In this document: one piece after another, positions 1-9,829 of the stretch
How the letters are laid out: each line of letters starts with the position of its first letter
Position numbering within the stretch: the stretch's first letter is position 1
DNA from: Heterodontus francisci
Taxonomy: Eukaryota
NCBI RefSeq assembly: GCF_036365525.1
Contig: NC_090377.1
Location: 103,368,265 to 103,432,264, forward strand
Length of the DNA: 64,000 nt
Reading direction: 5' to 3'
Program-made: the position numbers and the translations under genes
The notes under the pieces: generated by a model
Told to the model about the DNA's origin: nothing
The model's database searches: none
Seen by the model: only the letters and a program-made list of their open reading frames with translations

Positions 1-170
1 ACAGAGACCTCAAACATTGGTTGCCGCTGAGGTTCAGGTAGGAGAATTACTCCCTGAATGCCCTCTGTGGATAAGGCTCCCTGAGAGCCCTTCTCCTTCC
101 TCCTCCTCCCTCTTCTAGCAGCTTGCCCTGTTCGATGTGGCCTCTGTTCATTCTCCTAGCCATGCTCAAT
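1..170 (-). mobile_element. Harbinger/PIF transposase 5' remnant (continues beyond window start)
   Basis: Reverse complement aligns by eye to 26045-26215, the start of the Harbinger transposase in this window (e.g. GGGCAAGCTGCTAGAAG...TTCTCCTACCTGA); reads ..FSYLNLSGNQCLRSL. Confidence 0.65.
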
Positions 171-214
171 GCCAAGAGGTATGCTTACTAAGGGAACCCA
201 GGTCTAGGAACAAC

Positions 215-1175
215 TAAAATAAAAGCAAAATACTGCAGATGCTGGAAATCTGGAATAAAAAGCAGAAAATGCTGGAAATACTCAGCAGGTCTGGCAGTAT
301 CTGTGGATTGAGAAGCAGAGCTAAAGTTTCAAGTCTGTAGCCTTTCATCAGAACTGGCAAAGGTTAGAAATGTAATTGGTTTTAAGCAAGTAATGCAGGG
401 GTGGGGGGGTGGGGTGGGGGTGAAGAGGACAAAAGGAGTTAGTGGACAGTCTATCCCCAGAGATGGAGACAGAGAACTCGAGGAAGGGAAGGGAAGGGAA
501 GTGTTGGAGATGGACCACGTTAAGGTGAGAGAAAGGTGGAAATTGGAAGCAAGGTTGATGACTTTGGATGTTCAATCTCTCTGCACCTCTATCCCCTTCC
601 AGGATGGTCTGAGAGCTCTCTGCTTCTTCCTTGAACAGAGGCCCAACAAGTCCCCATCCACCACCACTCTCCTCCGTCTGGCTGAACTTGTTCTCACATT
701 GAACAACCTTCCTTTCAACTCCACTCACTTCCTTCAAATAAAAGGTCTTGCTATGGTACCCACATGGGTCCAAGTTATGCCTGTCCTTTTGTGGGGTCTG
801 TCAAACATTCCTTGTTCCAGTCCTACTCAGGCCCCCTCCCGCAACTCTTTTTCCAGTACATTGATGACTGTATCGGTGTTGTTTCCTGCTCTCGCCCCGA
901 ACTGGAAAACTTAATCAACTTTGCTTCCAATTTTCACCCTTCTCCCACCTTTATACGGTCCATCTTCGACACTTCCCTTTCTCAACTTCTCTTTCTCCAT
1001 CTCTGGGGATAGTCTGTCTACTAATATTCATTATAAGCCCACCGACTCCCACAGCTACCTCGAATACACTTCCTCACACACTGCTTCCTGTAAGGACTCC
1101 ATTGCATTCTCCCAATTACTCCGTCTCCGATGCATCTGTTGTGATGATGCAACCTTCCACAACAGTGCTTCTGAT
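215..1175 (+). mobile_element. Penelope-like element fragment: inverted terminal repeat (215-~420) plus degraded reverse transcriptase
   Basis: Frameshifted PLE RT motifs in ORFs 393-914, 764-1012 and 921-1208 (LAELVLTLNN, GLAM/MGPSYAC, FFQYIDDCIG, HYKPTDSHSYLEY); terminal repeat shared with 28920, 30166, 32817. Confidence 0.8.
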
Positions 1176-1449
1176 TGGGATACCCATTCCCAGCTTATTA
1201 CAAACTAATACTAAAGAAATCTTAAACCCATTGAACAATACCTAACCATCCCAGACCAACCTCAAGGGAAAAAGGGAAGTTTAAATCAGCGCTACTGCAG
1301 AGAGAAAAAGGACAAACTGCAACAATTTTAAGATTTCTGCGTGGATGAGAGTGAATGAAAAAAGGCATGTGTATCTTCCTGTGATTATCTTTTTAACTCC
1401 TATAATGAAATGCTCCCATTGTTGCATTTCATTCTATGTGGTACGGTGG

Positions 1450-2454
1450 TGTGAAGGAAACCCCACATGCCAAATGGAAATATTAATTTTGTCGTGTGGA
1501 ACTTTGCCTAAGTCTTTTATTGAGATTGCTACAAATAACTTTGAAAAAACAGTATAATGAACAGCCAAGATGGCCAGACACAATTTGCACATGAGAAGTC
1601 AAAGGCCGGCTGGAGACAGAGGTGATTACCCAGTTTAGCCAGAACAAAGGGGTGATCTAGGATTGAATTACCTAAAATGTTTTTGTCAACACGGTCATCA
1701 AAAGCCATCGACACCCATTGACTGTGAAAGAGCCAAACCCCCCTACCAAGTATGTCTGAACAGCCTTGAATTTCAAAGATCATTCCAGAAGATGTTGTTG
1801 CAATCAAAGAGCTGGTCACATCACATGAGTGTGTGTGTAACTCTTGGAGTGTGAATTTTGCCTCAGAAGGAGACTGTAACTGTAAGTCAGCAAGAGAGCT
1901 GGCTCTCCCTCTTTCCAGTAAAGTTCCAGCACAGCCTCAGCTGCAAACCTACAGCCCAGCACAGCCAGCAACCAGGGGACACAGATAAAGCCCCTCTGCT
2001 GCCTTCCAGAACCTGAGAAGTAAGCCAGAACCATGTGTGATCTAGTGAGGACCTCAGGGCTACAACTTCAACTAAGGATTCTGGGACTAAATTTCAGTAT
2101 TTAAATTCCATTTATTACGGACTTTACTCCAACCTCCCAACTCTGTTTTTTCCTCTGTAATCTATTTGTGTGTGTTTATGCTTCTCATGTGAATGTGAGC
2201 ATGGATGCTTTGTGTATTTTAGTAATTTTAACTAGTTTAGAGTGATAAGGTTAATAAACTAACATCTGTCTTGTTTAACCTCAAGAAAACCTGTCTGATT
2301 GGTTCATTTGCAATTATGTTAGAAGAACAGGAGCAAGCGCTCACTGAGGGTGGTAAGTTCATTCACTGTGTTAAAAAGGATAAACCCTGTTGCAGTCAAA
2401 CCAGAGAAGGGGCTAAAGGAGAACCTGAGGCCTGTTCCTCACCCGGTTATAACA
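1450..2454 (+). mobile_element. LTR (3' LTR of a Gypsy-like element) with preceding internal 3' remnant ~1180-1449
   Basis: Begins TG after a purine-rich tract whose upstream context resembles 9040-9090; ends CTCACCCGGTTATAACA like the LTR end at 5894; internal AATAAA. Confidence 0.6.
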
Positions 2455-2705
2455 GAAGTCATAATACTTTGTATGAAACATGTGGGGGAACTGACTATCT
2501 GAATAGCTATCTGAATGAATAGTCACTGGTTTAAATAAAGATTCTGTTGCAGAAACTTACTTTGCTATATATTTCCTTATTTTCAATGTTGTGGGAAAAA
2601 TGTATTTCTCGGTAATTATTGTCATCTCAAGGTCATAAAATATCTGTAGTAGCATAGGCACAAAAACACAATCCAAGAAAAGAAATTAGTTCTGCTGATA
2701 GCACG

Positions 2706-2711
2706 TTTATT
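2706..2711 (-). terminator. Polyadenylation signal of gamma-crystallin gene 1
   Basis: AATAAA on minus strand ~50 nt after the stop; same position in all three paralogs. Confidence 0.8.
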
Positions 2712-2759
2712 ATGTTTCAGAATATTGCAGCATGACAAAATTTAGTTTCAAACAAGGGA

Positions 2760-3035
2760 TTAGAAATCCCTCATACGTCTGAAAGATCCAACAGTTGAGT
2801 TGTAGCCGCCCCAGTCACTGTATCTCCTGTATTCACCGGGTCTCAGGAAGTACTGTCGGCCTTTGTAGTTGGGATGTTCATAGAAGATCCAGTAACCGTC
2901 CATCACATGGCAGGAGTGGATGTCACGGTAACGGAAACGATCATAGACAGATGGACAGTCATCCGTGAATTCCATCATCTGTCCTCCAAAGTCAGGTCTT
3001 TCGTAAATCCTCATTCTGTAGGAGCCTCCTCGGTA
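2760..3035 (-). CDS. CRYG: Gamma-crystallin gene 1, exon 3 (C-terminal domain, Greek keys 3-4)
   Basis: Acceptor TACAG at 3036-3040; 276 nt, [23 protein letters not shown]...[47 protein letters not shown]. Confidence 0.97.
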   Translation of the reverse strand, partial: YRGGSYRMRIYERPDFGGQMMEFTDDCPSVYDRFRYRDIHSCHVMDGYWIFYEHPNYKGRQYFLRPGEYRRYSDWGGYNSTVGSFRRMRDF

Positions 3036-4228
3036 CTGTAATAAAGCATATAATATGATGTAGCAGCAAATATGTGTGTAATATGAATTGAAGAGTATTC
3101 CAGAATTAGAGCTCTTTAGAACAAGAAACATGAAATATGTATACCTATGCCTATTACCGAAGGTAGAAGTTAAAAAGGATTCAGAAATAGATTATTAACC
3201 ATTCACTAAAATGCATCCAATTACTGTGAAGTCATTAGAAACAATGCTGATACCTTATAAAAATGTAACACAAGGGCAATTGAGTCTATTGTGAGTCACA
3301 ACATTTTACTTTAATTGTGTATCGATCATTATTGAAATTACATCTGGATTGTTGCTGGTAGTTCTTGGCTTTCAGAGAAAAGTGGCAAGAATTTCATGAT
3401 GGAACTAAGGTTTCTCTGTTATGAAAAAATATCAATTCATTGGACAAAAGGAGATATGAGATGGGATATGAGCCTTTAAAGTGCTGAGAGGTAGCAGGCT
3501 ATTTCCTTTAAACTTTATATCTTTAACAGATTATCTTGGAGATCAGGGGAAACTGCTGAACCTTCCACTTAGGGACTAAATAGGTTTGGTCAAGTTCCCA
3601 GCAGGGGAAAGAGAAAGTTTGTTAGGTGAGGGCCAGGCCTAATTATGATGGTCACCATCACTGAAGAGCTTTCCTACACTCACTGTCTCAGCAAACGTTT
3701 CAACAAATGTTCTTTAAGCAAGTATGTCTGCCTGAGCTTTGGCACAGTTCATCCGCAGTACTGTCTACAACAATGTTAACACAATTACTTGGAGCCCTGG
3801 GCAAATTTACCAGGAGGTAGTGAAGGACATATGAGCACAATGAATGATTCTGCAGCACTTTTGCGTTCGTTTTTCTGTGTACCTAGTCCAAACTAACAAC
3901 TGGTTAGACACATTCAATATAGTACAGACAAGATTTTTGGTTCTATCTTTCTAATTCTGGTTGTTTATTGCTGTAGTTCAATCTTTTTCCTGATATTTGA
4001 AATAGCACAAAGCAGAATAATACTTTAACTAAACATGGATTTGTCACTAAAGAAAAAAAGAGTAAAAATAGTAATCTTTCAATTTAATATAAAAGACTGC
4101 TACATAATTAATGAAGGGCTGACAATAAATTGCATAAAATGACAGAAAATTATTGATGGGTTATAAAAAATATGAATCACATCAGAAAATGATTTGAAAC
4201 TCATAATTAACATGTAATTATAACTTAC

Positions 4229-4471
4229 GTGTGGGTAGCTGCGACATGACCTGACACAGTCATTGAATCCCATCCAGCGCTGGTAGTCAGGATATTCTCC
4301 CCTGCTCAGAACATACTGGTATCCCATGTAATTGGGTTTCTCATACAGCACCCACCAGTCACTGTCAACACGGATGGAGTTACAGCGATTGACATAAGGG
4401 GACAGGTCAGCACAGTCACTACTGCACTCATAGTGTCGACCCTGGAAGTTCCTGTCCTCGTAAAAGATGAT
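4229..4471 (-). CDS. CRYG: Gamma-crystallin gene 1, exon 2 (N-terminal domain, Greek keys 1-2)
   Basis: CACAG acceptor, GTAAGT donor; canonical 243 nt; [81 protein letters not shown]. Confidence 0.97.
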
Positions 4472-4575
4472 CTGTGGGGGATAAAATAAATCAATTTAAT
4501 CAATAATTTACCAAATTTGATGTATTTCCAAAACAGGTTGTTAACAAATGTAAAAATTATGAGAGTTAACCTTAC

Positions 4576-4584
4576 CTTTCCCAT
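4576..4584 (-). CDS. CRYG: Gamma-crystallin gene 1, exon 1 coding part (MGK)
   Basis: ATG GGA AAG then GTAAG donor; 104-nt intron 1; typical 3-codon first exon of gamma-crystallins. Confidence 0.95.
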
Positions 4585-4644
4585 TTTGAGCTTCACAGTC
4601 AGTTAAACAACCGCCTGAACACAGCGCTGTTTCATACTGCTCGA

Positions 4645-4725
4645 TATTTATACGCTGGACTGAAATGCCACTGTAGGGAATACTTTTGTTATTCTAATGA
4701 TTTCAGCAGTGGATATCAGCAAAAA
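4645..4725 (-). promoter_or_regulatory. Gene 1 proximal promoter: TATAAATA (4645-4652), SOX-like AACAAAAG (4683-4690), AT-flanked half-MARE TTTTTGCTGA (4716-4725)
   Basis: Motifs and spacing conserved in all three paralogs; SOX and large-Maf control of lens gamma-crystallin promoters is established. Confidence 0.75.
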
Positions 4726-4985
4726 AACAAATTAGAAAATACGTATAGTCATTGCAGACAAAATCCCCTTATTCAGGTTTATAGATCGGGCACTGATTCT
4801 TTTCATTTTGCTTTGATGCTGTTTTAATTGTTCTGTGAAAATTTCAAATGGCTAGAATCCAAAGTGCATTTATGTTGAGTCCAGTAAAGGTACTGTTACT
4901 TTTTAGAAGCAGATTTTTTTACTTTGTTTATAGGAATGAATTGTTACTCTCTCAGTTCATGACTAACAAACCTTCATTAATGTTA

Positions 4986-7900
4986 TGTCGTTCTAGGCCT
5001 CCACCTGCCAAGAATGAGACACATTCATTTTGTCATGAACATTGATCTTAAACTGGCACTGGAGTGAAGAAAGGACTTGTTAAATAGATCAGCCGAGCCT
5101 GGAAAAGACACTTGCATATTAACAGACAATGTTTGGGAGGACAAAGCGGCCATTCCCTGACACATTCAACTCACAAAGGACTTTTGATCACCAGACATTG
5201 AAGGTGGGGGTGCTCGCATTCCAGGTTGACTGCTAAGAAGGCCAAATGCACAAACGGACATGGTCAAACCAGCTAGTCACATGACTAGCCTGCTGGGCAA
5301 CCTGAGTTTATTGAATTTGTACAAACAGATTGGGCAGAAAGTCTGCTTGCTCCTGGACTGAGAAGATCTCTCTCCTGTCCACTCCCATCTCTTTCTCACA
5401 TGCCTCTGAATCCACTGAAGACACATGAACCCCAAGAAAGAAAAGTCTCCTACAGTGAACAAGGTTTAAGAAGAATACTGGGCCCCAATGAAAAGCAATA
5501 TCTACCTACAATCAAAGACTCTACAGTGAGCTTGAAGAACCGTAACGACAACTCTCCAGATATTGCCTCAAACCTTTCCACTTTATTTTCAATCTGCTCT
5601 TTTCTGTCTCTATTTGCATGTGTGTATCGTGTATGCATGCTAGCGTGGGCGCGTCATGTAGGAATCAACCGAATTAGAGGTTAAGTTTAAGTTTAATAAA
5701 TTTCAACTTTTCTTCTTTAAACCTAAGAAAGCCTGTTTGTGCTGGTTTCTTTGCCTTATAATTGGAAAGCGGTGAACAAGGATTCACCAAGGGGGAGCAG
5801 AAAACACAATGTGTTTAAAATTAAACACTGTTACAGTAAGACTAGGTGAAAGCTAAAAAGCAACCCTAGACCTCTTTCTCACCTGGTCATAACAGAAATT
5901 TGGGTTCGAGCATCCGGAATTGATCCACAGACAAATGTGAAATTGGAAGTGGGAAGCCAAATTATTCCCAAGCAAACAAGAGCAAAATTTCAATACAGGT
6001 TTTCTTGTGGTTGTGTGTGCTTGAATACTAACATGTCTGCAACTGAAGTTAATAGCTCTCCAAGTCACTTGGGATGAGTTAAAAGCACTGTCTATGGAGG
6101 AGTTGAGGAAAATGGCTGAGCAGCATGGGATCACTGTATGTGGCAAGGCCAGGAAGTCTGAATTCCTAAGGCTAGTGGCCAACCATTTTTCCCTTGAATC
6201 TGAAGAAGCAGAAACAGGTTTAGAAGCTGACTCCGACAGGGTATTGTTAGCAAAGATACAATTGGAACAAAGGAAACTTGAATTTGAGGAGAGGGAGAGA
6301 GAAAGAATATTCCAGAAGGAATGCGAAGAGAGAGAGAATTGAAGCAGCTTGAGTTAGCTATGGGATAACAGAGTAACCCGAGTGAAAGCATGGCCAATAT
6401 GGAGGAGCTGGGTACAAAATTGTTAAAACTAACTCAACTGATTCCAAAATTCAATGAGGAAGATGTAGAAAAATATTTGGGGTCCTTTGAGAAACAAGGC
6501 AGCTAAAATGGCCAGCTGAGACCTGGCCTCTTTTACTACAAAGCAAGCTAACTGGAAAAGCCCTGTTGCCAGATGAGAGTTCATCAAATTATGAACTGGC
6601 CAAAAATGCTATCCTCGAGACATATGAATTAGTACCTGAAGTCTATCATCAAAAGTTTAGAACCCTCAAGAAGCAAGCGAATCAAACTTATCTGCAGTCT
6701 GAAAGACGTAAGCAGCTGGCTTTTGACCAGTGGTTGAGAGCTCTTAAAGTACAGCTCAGCTATGAGAATCTCAGAGAAGTAATTCTGTTAGAGGAATCTA
6801 AACACTCTCTCCCACTCTCCATAAAGACCCATGTAGAGGAGCAGCGCATCCAGAGAGCCTGGCAAGTGCCCGTCCTGGCCGATGAGTTTGCTTTAATTTA
6901 TAGGTCAGTTTCCCAGGGGAGAACCTTTCCTAGTCATCCCCACAAATCCGAAAGGGACAAAGGGTGGGAAGGTGATAGGAGCCCAAGCAGTCCTGGGAGA
7001 GAAAGGAAAGCAGGAGACACAGGGGGCCCTCCTCTAGCCAAGAAGGAAGATGCTGTGAGCAGGAGTGAGATCCGGAGACCTGCTTCCATTATAATAAAGC
7101 AGGGCATTTAAGAGCTGACTGCTGGAAACTAAAGTGAAAACCTGTAGGTTTATTCAACGCACACCCGCTCAGTGAAGAAGGGAACCTGATGGAAAGCACA
7201 GTAGAACAAGCTGTGGCTTTAACTGCAGTAAGAGTAAGACCCAGGAAGTCTACCACTGCAAGTACAGGAAAGTTTAATAAGGTTCCTGAGGGTTATCAGG
7301 GTTTTATGTCTGAAGGGAGAATAACCCCATACCCATTGAGTGGGAAATGCAAGCCCATAGTGGTTCTCAGGGTCACAGGGGCCACTAGAACCCTTTTACT
7401 GGGAAAAGGCTTGACCTTTCCCCCAGAGAATGCAGTGAACACCAGAATAGTGGTGAAGGGTATTGGAGGGCAGTGTATGCCTGTACCTGTACACCGGGTG
7501 CACCTGGAGTGCAGCCTATTTTCGGGACTGGTGACCCGAGGGATTGTCCCTAGTTTGCCTGTGGACAGGGTTGACCTGCTCCTAGGTAATGATCTGGCAG
7601 GGGTGAAGGTGGTAACCTCCCCCCACAGTAGTGAAATAAAGACTGCAGGAGGTCAGAGAGACAGGGCAGTGGCAGCAGACGGACCTCTGCAGTTTCCCTG
7701 AATGTGTACTGGATCAGGCCATGATCAAACCAGCTCACCAGTGGAGAATGCATTGGCACTGCAGGCAGATGACCATGAAGTTCCCCTAGTGCGAGACTTA
7801 TCTTTGGAAAGTTAGGAGACCCAGGGAATTAATTAAATGGATTTTCCCTAAGTGAGGCTCATTAAGCCGACCCAGTATTGCGAGAGTTAGCAGAGGCTGC

Positions 7901-9376
7901 CCAGTCTGAAAGTGAAGCAGAGGGAGTCCCTGATTGCTACTATTTAAAGAATGAGGTACTGATGAGGAAATGGAGTTCTCCTCACAGAGCTGAGACCAAG
8001 GAGTGGGCAGTAGTTCACCAGTTAGTGGTGCTGCAGAGGTAGCGGAGAGAAATATTAAGAAGGGCCCACGAGACTACAGTGGCTGTACAAGCCGGTATAC
8101 GAAAGATCTAAGCCAGCATAAGACAGCAGTTTGACTAGCCAAAACTCCACAAAGATGTGGTGGGGAACTGCAGGAGTTGCCACATGTGCCAGGTTGAGGG
8201 GAAATACAAACCATGCAATGAAACCTGCACCCCTATGTCCAGTGTTAGGAGGACCCTCCAGGAGAGGGCTGGTGAACTGTAAGAGGCCCTCGCTGAGAAC
8301 AAAAAGGAACAGGCAGGCACAAGGCTGGCCAAAGGTTCGACAGAGAAGGGGGGAAAAGTGACCAAGACGGCAGGTTAAAGGATGTCCTGGAGGAATCCTG
8401 GATGAAAACCCCTACTGTCCGGTCAGCCAATCCTGGAAAATGTGAAAGGTTAGACCCCACATCCTCCTACATAAATACAAACACTAGAAGTACGCCGCCA
8501 GAGTTGCTAACAGCATTTACAGGAACCCACAGAGACAAAGAAAGACCTCTAGGGGGCAGAGAAACCATGAGTGTGATGCCTAACCTAGTTGAAGTGTCAC
8601 AGGGGAGTGCAGTAGAGGCTGCACAAATACCTGCAGGCAGGAGTGTGCTCTGGGACAAAGGGGAGATTAGCAAAGAATCCTCCCCCACAGTCAGAAAAAA
8701 AGCGAATCATCCGTCCCCTGAAGTCAAAAGCCTTTGCATGATTCAGCAAAGCACTGAAAGAGAGTTCAGGATGGACCCATTCACTGCTGAGACTTTAAAA
8801 AACAATACCTCAGCGGGAACAAAGACCCTAGGCAGCCATGGAAATGGGCAAACAGAAGAGAAACTTCCCCCAAAAAAAGAACCACATGTTTATTGGGATG
8901 CCAAAAAGGGGGCAATTAAAGCAGCACTGGCATCAAGGGAAGACAGGCTGTAATAAGTTTTAGGATTTATGAATGAATGGGAATGAATGAGAGAAATGCA
9001 TGTTTTTTTCTGTATCTTACATTCTTCTCTCAACCCTTTTAATGAAATGTGCTTTTCTCAAATCGCATTTCATTCCATTGGGTGTGGAGGTGTCTTGCTG
9101 GACCCCCACCTGCCAAGAATGAGGCGCATTAATTTTGTCATGAACATTGATTTAAACTGTTACTGGAGTGAATAAAGTATTTGTTAAACAGATCAGCCAT
9201 GGCCGGAAAAGACATTTGCATATTAACAGATAGTGTTTGGAAGGACAAAGCAGCCATTCCCTGACACATTCAACCCACAATGGACGTTTGATCACCAGAC
9301 GTTGAAGGTAGGGGAGCTTGCATTCCAGGTTGATTGCTAAGATGGCCAAATACACAAATGGACATGGTCAAACCAG
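4986..9376 (+). mobile_element. Degenerate, internally deleted Gmr1-like Gypsy LTR retrotransposon: 5' LTR 4986-5894, gag (SCAN-like capsid, CCHC), protease, integrase Zn-domain; truncated 3' LTR 9091-9376
   Basis: TG...CA LTR repeated at 9091 after PPT GGGTGTGGAGG; degenerate PBS resembling tRNA-Pro type at ~5900-5920; ORF 6566-7111 capsid-like (YELVPEVYHQKFR...LLEE...LADEF); TCFHYNKAGHLRADCW; LRVTGA...LLLGNDL protease; AHET...CRSCHMCQ; no RT/RNaseH seen. Confidence 0.85.
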
Positions 9377-9740
9377 AAGCCTTAATAAAGGATAAAATTA
9401 AGGCACCTAGAAAATCATGAGTTAATTGAAGACAGCCAGCATGGATTTGTATGTCATGCCTGACAAATGTAATAGTTCTTTGAGGAAATGCCAGAATGTC
9501 TTGGTCGGTTAAATGCAGTGAGTATTAAATAAATGGATTTTCACAAGCCGTTTAATAAAGCGCCACATAGGAAGGTTATTGATCAAATAAAAGCAAATAT
9601 TATTCAAGCAAATGTGGCCACATGGGTAGGAAGTTGGTTATATGACAGAAAATGGAAAGCAGTAGGTTATGAATGGACGAGTGGAGTTTAAACACTGGTG
9701 TCTCCCAGGGTCAGTGTTGTGACCGTTGCTCTTCTGATTA
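9377..9740 (+). mobile_element. CR1 LINE RT fragment
   Basis: Degenerate SQHGF, MDFxKxFxKxPH and GVxQGSVL motifs; abuts the truncated LTR. Confidence 0.7.
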
Positions 9741-9829
9741 GAGGCAGAAACAGTGGCAACTGATAAATCAGAGAACACCTTCCAAGGCATATTCCAAAAA
9801 AAAGCAAGGAGTAACATTACAGGACAGCA

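Noticed and set aside
2760-3131. N-terminal extensions of ORFs 2760-3131, 18288-18587 and 35224-35547
   Set aside because: Intron 2 sequence upstream of the conserved TACAG acceptor; not conserved among paralogs
4306-4596. ORFs 4306-4596 and 36717-36908 (..[15 protein letters not shown]..) as separate proteins
   Set aside because: Alternative reading frames over crystallin exon 2; similarity between them just reflects the paralogous exons
6566-7111. Domesticated SCAN/gag host gene
   Set aside because: Lies between LTRs amid stops and frameshifts; no splice structure
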